Shown here: in pieces, positions 25,056 through 38,671 of the stretch
Layout: each line of letters opens with the position of its first letter
Position numbering within the stretch: the stretch's first letter is position 1
Assembly (NCBI RefSeq): GCF_018977255.1
Contig: NW_024704743.1
Span: 7,752,001-7,816,000 of the forward strand
Origin: Callorhinchus milii
Lineage: Eukaryota
Direction: 5' to 3'
Length of the DNA stretch: 64,000 nucleotides
Made by a program: the position numbers and the translations under genes
The notes under the pieces: model-generated
Database searches by the model: none
What the model was told of the DNA's origin: nothing
The model's input: the letters and a program-made list of their open reading frames with translations, nothing else

Positions 25056-27110
25056 TGTTTGCACAACTCTCTGTCTCTGCCGTAAATGTATGTGTTTTCC
25101 CAATCTGTTACATTCAGGTCATTCTTTTTTTCAGTGAAATGTGAAGTCCTTGCCTAGTGGGAAGGAACTATATATTAAAAGAAAATCCAGCGCTGGAGAG
25201 TTCATTCAGCTGCAGAATAAAATTCATGGAGCCTCTGTTAAGAAACAGACCATTAGTGTTTCCATAGTCTGTAGTCTGGATTGTCATTTTGATTTCATAG
25301 TGACTACAGCAATCTGCAGACTACAGCATGAGAGCTATAGAGCTTGAATTTGCAGAAGTCTGTGGTCTAACACAACAGGTTTCTTGAATGTGACTGGAAT
25401 TGAAACCTCACTGTGTCTCTCCGACCTGGGGTTTCTCCAAATCTGAAAATAGGTAGTTTCAGACCAGATTGGTGTATCCAAGAGTTGGTATAACATGCCT
25501 TTGTTTTCTTTAATTAAAGAACCTGGTTCCACATTGTTGCATATTAGAATTCCATTGCTCTCTTAATGTAATAATGTGCAATTAAAAATGCTATTAACAG
25601 AAAGGCTGTGAGTCCCCTAAATAACTTTGCTACATTCACTATTAAGAGAGTAGACTGGGGGATGATTTAAACACTCTGTTGAGTATGATCCATGTTTGGT
25701 GGTTTCTTGAGTCACAACTTTGACCTGGGTTAGTTGGGAATTATGCTCTGTATTTACAGATATGCTTTATCAACACCCAGTAAATAAAGTATTACATTTG
25801 TCTTATGCTTAAAACTCCATCACTGTCGCAGATCTCGGCAGAGGGGACACAGCGCTACACTCACTTTGCAATTTACAGTTTTCAATATTTGTCTTCATAA
25901 GGACAGGGAGAGAGGAAAAGAGGAGAGTCAAAGGCTGAGGAATTCCTCATATGAACTGAACTTTCTTTGGCATAGTAGCCATTATAAACAGGCACAAACG
26001 TTTTATTTTTCTCTGAAATTGTGGTTGCCTTAATTTTATCAACTGACTTTCCAATTATTCGACTCTTTGCTGTCCCTTTAATTGTTCCATTATGACTGAG
26101 ATTCCGTGGGTTTTACAGGATGTCATGTTTTTCTTGAATCTTGCAATGTGGCTTGATGTCCATGTTTTAATTACGTTTAGGCACGTACATCTTTTTGCAG
26201 AATTATATGTAAAGATTGCGCTGTCTTAGCATGCAGTGGAGTAAACAAGTCTCAACTAGTGCAAAGTGAAGTCATTTTCATTGAGCCTTTAACCTTGTAA
26301 GAGGTGTGTGTGTTTGTGTGTGTGAGAGCGCGCACATTGGAACCCAAAAGTTGCTGTTATGTATTTCAATATCTTCCCCCACACAGTAGGATTGATTGAT
26401 TTAAATCCAGACTATTGGTGATTTCAAAAAGACATTTCCATTTAATAAATTCCCAGACTTAGGGTTAGAGTTTAATTTAAGAGATAGGTTGAGTGGGGAT
26501 AATTGGCATTTTAAGGTGACATTTTAATGTAAAAGCAGTTCTTTACACAATTAAAATACAGTTTACATTTAATAGCACCTTTCACATCAGGATGTCTCAA
26601 AGCTACACAGCTGTCTGAGCACCCAGTCGTCAGTTTGATTGTAAGTTTGCTTTGTGACTATAAATCATGAGTTTCAATCGTGCAACAGCGCTCATTAACT
26701 TCCCCTCACAAGACTGAACCTTGTACAATTACGTTGGCTAACCACTGACCTTTTAGTTCTGCACAAATTACAGAAATGCTCCTTTGTTATTAACCTTCTC
26801 CGAATATTCATACTTATAGTGTATTATACTTTCACTAAAATTGAAATCAAGACCATAATTTGAAGGAAGAGTGGCCGAAACTATATTGATTATCTTATTC
26901 ACCGATGCGCTGTGACTGTTAGTAATCCTGACGTGGCCAGCCTGCTGGCAAATAGCCCATTTCTTATGATGTCTTTGCCGTAATATTCCCAAGTCTGAGA
27001 CAGATTGACTATTTGTCTGTAATGCACTTTTTTCCCATGTGGAAATAGCCTCATCACTCAGGGCTGATCTGTGCCCATGGCCAACCTTTGTGTGTCATTC
27101 CTTCCTTTAG

Positions 27111-27497
27111 TGTCCTGTAGCTCAGTGGTTAGAGCACTCAACAACAACAACAACAACAAAATTACATTTGTAAAGCACCTTTCACGTCGGGAGAATGTCC
27201 CAAGGCGCTGACACTGGTCTCACAAGCGAGAGACCTGGGTTTGACTCCCGGCAGGGTGAAACCATGGACAAGTTTCTTTACTCCACATGCGTGATAATAA
27301 TCCCTCAAGAAAAAAAACAATAATAAATTGGTCACTTCAGTCCATGACTGTTTGTGGGACACTGCTGTGCACAATTGGCTGCCCCATTTCGCCCACAAGT
27401 ATACAGTCAATTCAGTTAACAGTATATTCTGCAAAGCGCTTTGAGGTGTCTAGAAGACATGAAAAGTGCTATATCAAATGCAAGGATTATTATTATT
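27111..27497 (+). mobile_element. tRNA-derived SINE interrupted by an antisense L2 tail
   Basis: same family as 20573-20898; insertion at about 27140-27210. Confidence 0.85.
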
Positions 27498-27610
27498 AAT
27501 TCAAGGTTTTGTTTTCCCCATGAACCTCTTTTCCATGTTATGCAGTGTTTCTCATCTAAGCTTCCTGACTAACACTTTCTCCTTGTTCTGGGACCCGCTC
27601 ACATCTGTAG

Positions 27611-27682
27611 GAACCCGTTTATTCTTCCACTTACTCTCCTGCTCTTTCTGCCGCCCATACATGTCACCACTTTGTGCACCAG
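27611..27682 (+). CDS. SVIL: SVIL cassette exon (72 nt, phase 0-0) EPVYSSTYSPALSAAHTCHHFVHQ
   Basis: actaac branch + ctgtag acceptor, cag|gtgagc donor; resembles EPVYASTYSP of other vertebrate SVIL isoforms. Confidence 0.8.
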
Positions 27683-27705
27683 GTGAGCAATGGGTTTCCA
27701 CCCTT

Positions 27706-27711
27706 TGCATG
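27706..27711 (+). promoter_or_regulatory. RBFOX splicing motif TGCATG 24 nt after the cassette exon donor
   Basis: exact hexamer; motif only. Confidence 0.4.
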
Positions 27712-29139
27712 AGCTAAGGGCGGATCCTGCCGCAGAATGCTTCAGGTTGCTGTCTCCTGTATGGCCACTATCTGCACGGTTTCATAGGTTTGCATTTTTG
27801 TTTTAAAATAAATATATTTTCTCTTTTCTTTTTGCCTTTTTGAACTGAGGTCAAACAAATTGTGCGATATGATTTTTTTTAATGTGTTTTTTTTTCTCTA
27901 GGTTTCAATGTATTTTTTGTCTAGTTTGCCCACACAGAGTACGGTCCTGCAATCTTGCGGTTCTGAATGTTGCTGGTTTAAAAAATTTTGCGGTTAATAG
28001 CCACAACGCAGTGTGAAATGAGGCGTGTTATTTGTGGGGGAGGGGGCGGATTATTATCACATCGTGGGACATGCCATTTCTCAAAGTGACTCAGTGGATG
28101 ATTGTCAGGTGAATTTCCACCCTCCCCTGCTTCGTAACAATGGTTGTAGTAAAGCTACTTGCTGGAGCTAATCTGTTGGCTGACAGCACCTTTAAACCCG
28201 CTGCCACACAGGATTCTGCCATTAGAGTATCTGTTAAATATCCACTGAACTGTTAGCGTTGATTAACACTGGTATTCCCTGAAGTGGCACCAATTCTGTG
28301 AGACAACGGATGGGTTTAATGGAGCCACTGGCCATCTGACTGGCAGCAGCAAGCGGTTTTGGGAACAGCTATTCTAAAGGAATGATCACTTGGCGATGGG
28401 GTGGGGGAGATGAAGGGTCTGTTATCGACTATAACATTTTCAGGACCAGCATGCTCCTATAATGTGATAATCATCACATCGCATTTTTCACCCAAAATCG
28501 TGAATTGGTTAACAAAAATAAAACCTGTCAAGGGTGATGCTTTGATTTCCCTTCACCAAATAATTTTCACAAAAATTGCAACCAAAGGAAAGGAGATATT
28601 CTTAACGTTATGCCAAAGGTGGAGTAATTCTTGCTTTTCATTGCATGCTGTGCATTAGTTGTGCTCTGGTGAGAGAATCTGTGCGTTGTCCCCATGATGT
28701 GCATTGAGATAAGTAGGAATGGTTATGCCAGCCTTCTGAAACCTGTGTCTGCATCAGTCACTGCAGACAGCATGAGTGAACGCTTGTCCTGTTCGTTGAC
28801 CTAATGCCTTTGCTGGTGCAACAGTGGGTTTGTTTTGTAAGCGATGTTTAACAAGAATCAGCATCGTATTGTCGTGCACAACATATAGAACTACAACCTC
28901 AAAACATATGCTGTCAAACATTTTCAGTGCAATCACCTTTATAGACCCCACCCCCCAAAATGCAACTTATTTTTTAAAAAAAGTTTTAAGGTAGTGAGTG
29001 GCTTTTTCAAAACCTCGAGTCTAAATTGTGTGTTTGTACCAGAACTGAGCTGGTTGCTGATCTTGCTTTCTTGCCATTCTGCAACCTACTTTTCTGTCCT
29101 TTTTATGTTCCACCCCTCTTTTCATCTCCCTTTTTGAAG

Positions 29140-29208
29140 GTCGCTTCTGCTAATGCCAGGGAAACAAGTCCTCAGCTCTATGATGAACGTCATCCCTGGA
29201 GATGGAAG
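29140..29208 (+). CDS. SVIL: SVIL cassette exon (69 nt, phase 0-0) VASANARETSPQLYDERHPWRWK
   Basis: very long pyrimidine tract + aag acceptor, aag|gtgaaa donor, frame-preserving. Confidence 0.6.
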
Positions 29209-32181
29209 GTGAAAGTTTGAAGAGAGAAAAAACATTGCACTTCTGTTACAGAAATATTCACTGCATTAGGAAGACTTGATTGCTAAGTGCTTTGCAAACA
29301 ATCTGATGCATAAGATTGCGACTAACACTGAGCGCTGCAGTGGGATTCCTGTTGTAAGAATACGAGTGTTCACTCTCTTTACGAGAGGATTCTTTTTATC
29401 AATGAAATATGCTTTGGTTCTGTGCATTCTGTGGAGTTTAGTACAGCGAAATGCAAAGTATGTGTATTTTGGGAGGAAGAACAAAAAAGAGAAATGCAAT
29501 CGAACTCCATTATAAAGCATTGGTTGGGGTCCATAAAGTTCCAACCTGTCATAGATCGAGAGCAGCCACTGCTTTCAATGTTACTGACCACTTGACTGGT
29601 GACAGAAAGCTGGCTGGCTTTAACCCGCTTCAAATCCTCTCGTCACATTGAATCATTCCGAAACTTGTCAACGAGATTTCAAGCGCAATGTGACCTGCAA
29701 CAATTGATTTGGATGACACAGTTTTAGATTCTTAGGTAAGAAAATGTCAGGGCCCACAGCCCCAATTGCATTAGAAGTGGACCCACATTATAGCAATGTA
29801 CATTTTAATAGGATTCTACTGTATATCTTGTACAGTAACGTTCGTAAGTGAGTGTAGGAGCAGAGACCTCCAGGTGATTAAATGTTCAAAGGTGAGAGTT
29901 CAAATGAAGAAAGCCATTTAAAAAAATGGAATTCTGTGTCTTAAAGGCAGTAATGTTAAAGCATTAAGTAAGGCAGGGGGTTGGTTGCAGTTGGCTTGTT
30001 GTCATCTAGATTTGGTTACCTCCTTATAAAAAAGGATATAATTAGAAGAGCATTAGATAAGTACTTGAAGAAAAATAATACTAAAAGTTAAGAGGAATGA
30101 GCAGCGTTCTAAGATTTCAGCAGATAGCTCTGGTGTGGGAGTACATACCGCCCCAGAGATGATGAAACAAATAAATCATCCCTATATAAATCTGTGCATT
30201 AGTTTTACAAAGTGCAATCTCCATGGCCTTTTCCCCCATTATTTCTTTATACACCTGTATTGATGCCAGGTGTTTAGTCTCGCTTGTGCAAAGCTGGTTG
30301 TTTACATAATATGTTACAGCAGAGGCAGTGTTTTGATATGAGCGTTTGGCAGATGCAAAAGGGTGTCAAAGGCTTTACACAAAAGGCATTTGTAAATCAG
30401 AAGAACTTTCTGAACTTTCACAATAGTTCCGGCTTGATCTATTCATCATTCAAGTGCAATAACCCCACCTGCCCCGGCCATTTGATCGTGGGACATGTGG
30501 AGCACATCGTCCCCTCCTTAAATAGGCGTCTTAATTCCGTCACTCTTAATCTGGAGCGAGTCAAGATCAGTGTAAGCAGAGGAAGTTCTTCTGAGAAGGT
30601 ATTAAAGTCAGCACTGCGTAAGATGTTTTTAACGTATTCTGTGTGGAATGACATCCAGAGCATTTGGTTTAAAGCACAAGTCAACTGGTACTGGCTGTTG
30701 GTGCACTTTTGTGCACTGTTTAGTTCCAGACGCTTTGTCCCTGGTCTGCCTGCATGACACACTGTACTGGCTATAGTGTGTTAGAGCCCACTGAGTTCAT
30801 GATCTCTCCAGTTGGGCTGATGTCAATGATTTAGAAAGGAGCAATGAGGAAGAATTGGAAGGCTCTCATGCTTGTAGCAATTGATTACAGAGCAGCAAAG
30901 TCCTGGGAGAAGGTCAGGCCGTTCCCCCTGCAAAGTGAGCAATAATTGAGGCAGGAGGAAAAATGAGAACAATTATAGAGGATCAAAAGTTCGAGGTGAA
31001 ATATTTTATCGATTAAGTAAACTTTTAGAAATGCAAAGAAACAGAGCATCTTATTTTCAGAATTCTCTCATTGAGTTCAACGTGATAACTTTGATGTTAT
31101 TATAGCGCAGGAACCTACTGCATCCCCCCCCAAAGGGTTTGGTTGAGCGTGATATTGGGTGCTGGCTAAAAAATTTCACTGCGTGGCTATTCTGGTTAAA
31201 AAATGCGGTGTTTGCAGCCTGGCTATGCAGTCAGTGACTCCTGCTGGTAACTGGATCTGCGACACGCTCACCTGTGGGAGATCTGCTCCGACCTGACCTC
31301 CGATCTACATCTGGAGCGCGTTCTTGCCAGTCTACACACATCTAGTTACTGACAGAAATCACCACTTGCAGATCCCAGAAGTGAATACTGTACTTTTTAA
31401 CCCGATTGAAACATAGGTGCATCAGTTTGCTTGTTTGCCAGTTGTATTAACGCATGCTGTGTTGTGATATCATAATTGCAACCGAACTGACTTGTACAGC
31501 TGTCTCTTTCCCTTCCCTCAAACTACTGCAGCATAAAGAGCATCTTACGGAAGTTCATTTACCTCAGAACTGTGGGAGTCTACATCTGAACATAACTTTA
31601 CCCCATACCTTTTATAAAACCCAGATTTAGGATAAAACTAACCACTGATTGGTTTCTCATTGACACTAACATCATTTCAAACACTGGTGTCCAGTACTGT
31701 GAGTCTTGCTCCTTCACTTTAAACAGGCACAGTACCAGATTTCTTTAATACTGAATGAATCCTGCTTGTGAGAGATATTGTGTTTGATGGAGTCATTTCT
31801 ATTCATCCATTTAGTAAAGCAGGTGCTGGGGTTACAGTGGTCTCTGGCTGAACACTATTTAATGCCATTGGATATGCAAAAACAATGACAATTCATGTAA
31901 ATGTATACTCCAAGCTGCCTACTTGCACAAGGCGTTTTCTAAACCAATTGAACCAACGTGTCTAGTTAGTTACCTGGAATAATTCTGTGCAAACTGTAAA
32001 AACCTCATGAATAAGTACATCTCAGTGCGTGTTCCACAATGTTCTAGTTCACAATGTGTTTGGTGGGTGGGAGGTGAATTGTAACATTTGCATAAATGGT
32101 CGAGCCCGAGCTTTGTAAGGGGAAGACCAAGATCCACACCATATGTATTTGACCCTATTAACATGTGTGTATTTAAACCAG

Positions 32182-32326
32182 AGGATGGCGGACAATGACG
32201 CACGCATGACAATAGAAGAGAGGAAACAACTGATTACTAAACGGGAAGAGGCCTGGAAGATTAAGGGCAGAGGAGCTGCCAATGACTCCACTCAGTTTTC
32301 TGTAATTGGAAGGATGGTAAAGAAAG
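32182..32326 (+). CDS. SVIL: SVIL exon (145 nt, phase 0-1) [48 protein letters not shown]
   Basis: ccag acceptor, aag|gtcagt donor, conserved peptide. Confidence 0.94.
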
Positions 32327-32364
32327 GTCAGTATCTGTCTTTTTTTAATCTACTATATCATGAC

Positions 32365-32650
32365 AGTAATCCTTGCTTTTTATGTAATCTCTTTTAGCAA
32401 GTCACTGGGACATCTCGAAGCTCTTCATGCATTGTAAAGTGAATTGACTGTATTTTTTTTATTGGTGGAATGCGGCAGCCAATTGCGCAAAGTAGTGTAC
32501 CACAAACAGTCGTGGATTGAGTGACCAAATTAATTTTTTGAGGGATTCTTATCCCCGGAAAGCGGTCCCCCAATCGATTAACAACCAGGTTCCTGCTTAC
32601 TGCTAGGTAAACCAAAGTGTGTGGAGTAAGGAAACTGGCCTAAGGTTTTG
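32365..32650 (-). mobile_element. SINE, long variant, 5'-truncated
   Basis: tail + body + tttacctagcagt..gaacc segment shared with the 56104 copy. Confidence 0.75.
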
Positions 32651-33072
32651 TTATATAGTAATGCAAACGTTAAAGTCTGCTGGAAACCTGGGAGCTGCCT
32701 CAATGTTTCCCGGGAACTATGTGCTTAAAATCTGGGGCTACATTGGGGTTTTTAAGAAGGACACCTTTTTTTCTCATCTAATTTTACGATTCTAGAGTGG
32801 AATTTTCATCTTTTCAGATTAAAATAAACCTTGCAAGTTTCCTACATTAAATGTGTGCTGCGTAGTGTCACACATCAGCAAAAATGAAAGTAGTTTCAAA
32901 GCTTGTACACAAAAATCAGCTACAAAAATAATGTACTGTTTAAAAGTATTATCGACGACCTCCGTCTTATCACATCAAGACACCTCACAGGATATACCGT
33001 AAAGTGCTCTGACTGGGTATTTTGTGGGCAAATTAATATACATAATGCTTATTCTCTTTTGCCAAACCACTT

Positions 33073-33205
33073 AACATAACATAACATGTAGGAGCAGGAG
33101 TAGGCCATTCGGCCCTTCGAGCCTGCCCCGCCATTCGATCATGGCTGATCTTCTGATCTAATTCCAGCTAATAACCTAACCCTGGCTTATCCCCATATCC
33201 CTTAA
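33073..33205 (-). mobile_element. CR1-type LINE 3' tail
   Basis: aacataacataacat.taggagcaggagtaggccattcggcccttcgagcctg...atcatggctgatc. Confidence 0.7.
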
Positions 33206-33437
33206 TATCTTTTGCAATAAGTAAGGTTGTACTTCAGCCATGTTAATGTCTTTTCTGACTGGATTTGGTTAATTTGTTCCTCAATTTCTGGAATTTCTCT
33301 AGCTAACTCGAAACCTGAATATAAGAAGTGTCTTTCCCGGATGGATAGGGTCAGCACTGTGGTTTGTAAACTGTAGGTGAAGGTGATGTTTCCATAGAGT
33401 CTGACAAACCAAAAGCTTTTTTCACTTCCGCCAACAG

Positions 33438-33530
33438 GTTTGACTTCACCCACGTTCATGAGTCCAGCCACTTCACCTATTGTGCAAAAGCTGAAGAACA
33501 GTGCTCCAGTGATTTCTAAACCACAAGAAG
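33438..33530 (+). CDS. SVIL: SVIL exon (93 nt, phase 1-1) GLTSPTFMSP...VISKPQE
   Basis: aacag acceptor, aag|gtatgg donor. Confidence 0.9.
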
Positions 33531-33629
33531 GTATGGATAAAGATGTGGAAAATTTGGGAGGAAGCGTTATGTATCTGAGAAGCGTACAGCAATCTCTCGA
33601 CTTCACTTTTCGCATTGAGTGAACACATC

Positions 33630-33940
33630 AAAATAATAAATCACTGCATTTGATGTAGCGCCTTTCATGTCAGGTGGACGCCTCAAAACGCTTCACAGGA
33701 TTTACTGTAAAGTGTAGTGATTGTTTATTTTGTAGGCATTCTTGGCAATCAGTTGGCGCACAAGAATGCCCCACAAACAGCCATGAGATCATTTTATCTG
33801 AATGACCAATTTTGTCTGAGTGGTTGTTGGCCAGGACACCAGGGGAAAATCCCTCTTTGTTTTAAAATGTGCCATGGGATCTTTAATGTCCGCCTGAACT
33901 GGCACACAGGACCTCGTTTTAAAATCTCAGCTGAAGGACG
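33630..33940 (-). mobile_element. DeuSINE fragment
   Basis: tggccaggacacc...gtgccatgggatctttaatgtccgcctgaac, the reverse complement of the Deu-like core. Confidence 0.7.
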
Positions 33941-34146
33941 GTTTAGAAATATATGTATTAAATAAATTTGCGTCATTACAGCACACGTGCTTGATACTGT
34001 ATTGAAAACAACACTCATCTTTTCCTCAGTCCTTTCTCAAACACACTTGCATGACCTCAGTATCTCCTTCAATTTGTGCGGAGGAGAGTTATGCAAAGCT
34101 TTCCTTTTGGGAATCCGCTCAATGTCCTATTTTATGTCTTGTCTAG

Positions 34147-34233
34147 AAATTGAGGTCAGGCCTGACTTGCATTTGGAAACCGACGAGAAACTCGATAAAC
34201 TGGAATCCTTCTTAGGCAAGCTGCACAACAGGA
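34147..34233 (+). CDS. SVIL: SVIL exon (87 nt, phase 1-1) EIEVRPDLHLETDEKLDKLESFLGKLHNR
   Basis: tgtctag acceptor, gga|gtaagt donor, conserved KLDKLESFL. Confidence 0.92.
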
Positions 34234-34789
34234 GTAAGTGCAAGTTCATCTTATCTACAACAGATTAACCAGACAGTCAGGAAATAATGAAAAGAACAGA
34301 CTGTACATTTGTCAAGCACAGTTTTATTCCAAAGTTTATGAATGGTATTTAAGAAAATTAACAAAGTTTTGAGTGGTATATATGAGATGGGGATCTAAAA
34401 GAGAATTTAGTAGGAACTTCTTTGCTCAGTATGAATGTGGAAATAACTGCCCAAACAGTGGTAAAATCAGATGGAGATCCATTAAAGCCAATTTTATTGT
34501 ACACATGAGGAGAAGGGAATAGGGTGAGGGAGAGAGTAAGGAGTGGGTGGATATTCATATGGAGTGTGGAAGCTGAATGGCCTGTTTCCACGCTGTACAA
34601 TCGATGTAAGTTTATGAAACTGCGGTAGAAACGAAAGCAGTTCTGCAGTCAAGGTCATTCTCATATTCACAGAGCATTAACATCAGTGATCATGCACCAT
34701 TTGCAACTAAATGTATCCTGACCACACATCTCAAACCAGATATACAGACCCTCCTTTTTTGAGAAAACAATATTAGTAATAATATAATA

Positions 34790-35160
34790 CATAATAATCT
34801 TTACATTTGATATAGCTCTTCACCAGGTTGTCAAGACCCCTCAAAACTCTTTATAGGATTTTACTGTGAAACCTACTCACTGTACTTGTAGGCAAACGCA
34901 GAAGCCAATATACATACAGCAATGTCCCACAACTCGCCATGAAGTAAATAACCAACATCTGGTTTTGTCTGGAGGATTTTTGGCCAGGACACCAGGGAAA
35001 ACTCCCTTCCAGGGAGTGCCATGGGATCTTTAATGTCTCCCTGAACAGTCAGACAGGACATTGGTTTAACATTTCATCCAAAGGACAGCACTGCAGTGGA
35101 GTGGAGTGTCACTTTAGACTGTGAATTCAAAGTCCCAACGTGGGGTTTGAACCCACAACC
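34790..35160 (-). mobile_element. DeuSINE copy
   Basis: tail, ggccaggacacc, gtgccatgggatctttaatgtc, head ggggtttgaacccacaacc. Confidence 0.7.
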
Positions 35161-35551
35161 TTCTTACATCACAACTAGCGCCAGACTGAATTTATTATCG
35201 ATCCTACAGATGTTATGCAGGTTATCCAAACAATGGGGCCCACAATTTCCCACGTTGTTAGGCTCAATTTTGGAAAATTGCCATAAATTCTGTCACCATT
35301 TGGAAGCTGCTTTTCCACACTTCATTTTGGTTTCTGTGGAAAAATAGATTCAAATTAAGGCGGAATTTAAGCCTGCGTCGAAGTTTAGGATTGTCTTATG
35401 TCCTTTGCGTTTCCCAGCTTTGGTCTAAATCACTGTGGAAAGTCTGTGTTTTCTTCAGTATCTATTTCTGGAGATGACTATTGTGGTTGGTTTCAAGTTT
35501 GCCCTTTTTGCCAACGACCTGTTGACTGAGTGTTTGGTGTTTGTTCCCCAG

Positions 35552-35735
35552 CACCAGGACAGCGGGAGACAGTGATAGCTGTCACCGCACAGTGCGTCAA
35601 GGAGGTGATGAGACCCGATGATGAAGAAACGTTCATGAAATTCTACAGAAATGCAAGTGACTTTGTGGTCCAGCCCGGCGCTGTGGAGATCGAGGAAGAG
35701 GATTTTGATGCTATATTTGATCCCGACATACCAAA
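35552..35735 (+). CDS. SVIL: SVIL exon (184 nt, phase 1-2) ...VKEVMRPDDEETFMKFYR...FDAIFDPDIPK
   Basis: ttccccag acceptor, aaa|gtacga donor. Confidence 0.92.
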
Positions 35736-36535
35736 GTACGACTACATTAGCGTTGCCTTTGGATTTTGTTTTTGTGATTCCATTTCTGAAATTGCTCAGA
35801 GGTGGAGCGTGGAGCAGAGTTCTGGAGGTGGAGAATTTTGTGATTGTGATGTATTCATTTCAAGGGAGGGGGGAAGGGGCCAAATAAGGAAACCCAACAG
35901 AGGCCGAAGCGACTACAGAACCCGAAGAGGGGAAAAATAGAACTTGCATTTTTGTCACACTTTGTCATGACAACATGTCTGAAAGAGCTTTGCAAATGTA
36001 CGTGTGTTTGCTGTCCAATGTAGTCACTGATTTTTGGAAGCAAATGCAGCAGCTGACAGTCGTAAGGCCAATGACCGATTATAATAGCACAATGCTTATC
36101 TGTACAATCTGCTTATCTACATTGAAGTGGACACAGGACTTATGACACTGACAAAAATAATCTAATTGTTTGATTTGGACATGGGGTTGCTATAGGTGAA
36201 ATTTAACTGCACTGTGCAAGGCTAGTAACCTTGTCCACCTATCTGCAACTTCACACCTGCGGGCAATTGGACTTGTTTTTTCCTCTGACGACGAAATAAA
36301 CATAAGTGTTTTTTTTTCTCCAGTCTAGGGTTAATCAGAGAAAGAGACAGACATAAGAGTTTAAGGGGAGCAAGGGAGCTCAGGGAGGGGGGGAAGAGGA
36401 GAAGGCAAATGTCGTACTATAGTGACAATATAATGGTACAATTTTAGTTAGCTGAATTGTATTTTATGTGACGACCAGTTCACCACCCTGTAATGATGGC
36501 AGAATGCAAAATGAACAAGTTCCTTTGTATTTCAG

Positions 36536-36708
36536 GCTGATCTCGGCAGTGGCAGAACACAAGAGAGCTATGAAACCAACGCGCAAAGTGCAGTCTTCTC
36601 GCAATCCACTCAAAATGCTGGCGGCAAGAGATGACATCCGACACGAATATACAGAACAGAGGCTGAACGTTGCATTTATGGAGTCAAAAAGGATGAGAAT
36701 GGAGAAAA
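36536..36708 (+). CDS. SVIL: SVIL exon (173 nt, phase 2-1) [11 protein letters not shown]...[37 protein letters not shown]
   Basis: tttcag acceptor, aaa|gtaggt donor, conserved peptide. Confidence 0.94.
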
Positions 36709-37194
36709 GTAGGTTTAACATGGAAGCCATGAGCAATGTTGCATTACTGAGCTCATAGGTCAAAGCATTAGTGTCGAACACTGACTGTAGTCAACGTTGA
36801 CTGTTTCTGTGAAGTAACCTGTGTCTTTGGATATCAAAGGTGTACACTGTTTACTTCTCTTTCTTGTTACGTTCTTCATCGCTGTTGGTGAAACGTGACA
36901 AATTTTTCTTCATAATGTGAATACCTGGTATCTTTCTTTGTCCAGTGATGTTTTATTTCTGTGTTTCGAGAAAAGAGAAATGTGGCTCAAAATACGTTGT
37001 GCCATTTGTTAGGTGTTAGAATCATAGAAATGTACAGCAAAGATGGCCATTTAGTCCATTGTGCCTGTGCACCACCGTGTAACGGAATATCAGCCTCACA
37101 TTGTTAATTGGTTAGTCCCAGCTGTCATAGTGCAAACTTTGTTTCATCAGCTAATTGTTTTTTGGTTCTTTCATGTGACTAATTTATGGGGGTA

Positions 37195-37393
37195 ATAATA
37201 ATAATCCTTTCAAGAAAAAAAATTTGGTCACTCAATCCATGACTGTTTGTGGGACACTGCTGTGTGCAATTGACTGCCACGTTTCACCCACAAAATCTGG
37301 TCAATTCACTTTACAGTATATTCTGTGAAGCGCTTTGAGACGTCTCGAAGTTGTAATAAGGTGTTATATCAAATGCAAGGATTATTATTATTA
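37195..37393 (+). mobile_element. SINE 3' half
   Basis: matches the family body and tail. Confidence 0.8.
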
Positions 37394-38515
37394 TCACCCC
37401 ATCCTCGACAGGCTCCACTGTCTCCTGGCAGATTGATTTTAAGGTCTTTGCCCTCACCTATGAATTCTTTCACACTCCATCAGTGCCCTATCTCTCTGAT
37501 CTTCTGCTACCCCACTCCCCTGCTCATTCCCTCCACTCAGCTCCCTCAGGCTGGCTGCACATCCCCCGCCTCCTCTGCACCATCTCTGGAATTCTCTCTC
37601 TCACTTTTTCTCTGGCTGTCCTTAAGTCCCACCTTGAAACCTATCTCTCAACCTTCCCACTCTGCCCTGCTCAGCGTCCAACCCTGTCTTTGTAAAGTGC
37701 TCAGACCTTAACATACATGAAGGACTCTAAATAAAATGTAAGTTATTGTTGACTGTGAGAGAGCTATCCATTTAGTCCCATTTCTGCTCCGCCCCGGCTT
37801 GTTTCCATGCTGTACAAACTAGAGTGGGACTAAGTTAAAGACTAAAGACTCCCTGACACTTGGAAACCCCACCTCCCTTAATCCTTGAGCTGTTGAAGCA
37901 CATTATCCTAAATAACCATTGTCTATGTTCAGCTAGGCTGAGCTGCTTGGGCATTGACTAAGTACACAATGGATTATCGCACAATCCTTTGACCTCTAAC
38001 GCCTGGACTTGATTTCAGGCCAAACCGATGAGATTACACACTGGCTGTAACTCCGGTGTGAAAAGTGTTTGGGAAGCTACAGGTGGGTGTGGGTCCACGG
38101 CACAAATCTGAGCCCGTGAGAATATAGTGTGCAGGAAATCAAAGACGTCAGCACAGACTATGAGGCTCCAACTGGCCTTTTTTTGTGATTAAATGTTTTA
38201 TGGTTCAGGACAGACTGAAGTAGCCCCGTCACCCATTAACGGTAGATGTGGTTTTACTCTATCTGCAGGTGCTGCTCTTATCTGCGAATAGGGTCTCTCG
38301 CAAGGCCTAACCCCACCCAACCCGTGGGACCTCTGTACTATATATCACCCTCCCAACACTTTTACAAATGTAAATTTGTTGCTGAGTGCACGATGCTGAT
38401 GTGAAGTGTTATTTTCCTGTCCCATGAATGTCCCACTTCTGCTGGCGATCCCACACGCTTTCTTTGCAGATGCCATGATCCAGCCAAAGCCCTTGACTGA
38501 CTTTTCTCCTCACAG

Positions 38516-38671
38516 TGTCTAAAAACTCCAACTTGGCGGAAGTGGCACTAGCTGGTCTGGCGAGCAAGGAGGACTTCAGCAGTGTGAACCTCCGCAGCGT
38601 GAACTTACTGGAGCAAGTTTCAAACAACAGTGCAGTGCCATACAAGAAGCTGATGCTGCTGCAGATTAAAG
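38516..38671 (+). CDS. SVIL: SVIL exon (156 nt, phase 1-1) [21 protein letters not shown]...[11 protein letters not shown]
   Basis: ctcacag acceptor, aag|gtcaga donor; start of gelsolin-like region. Confidence 0.94.

Noticed and set aside
27890..27945. Possible microexons after a long T-rich tract
   Set aside because: Candidate AG-GT intervals (8 and 14 nt) are not frame-preserving and the donors are weak
30284..30762. 157-aa and 107-aa overlapping ORFs
   Set aside because: No recognisable domain or fitting splice sites; consistent with chance
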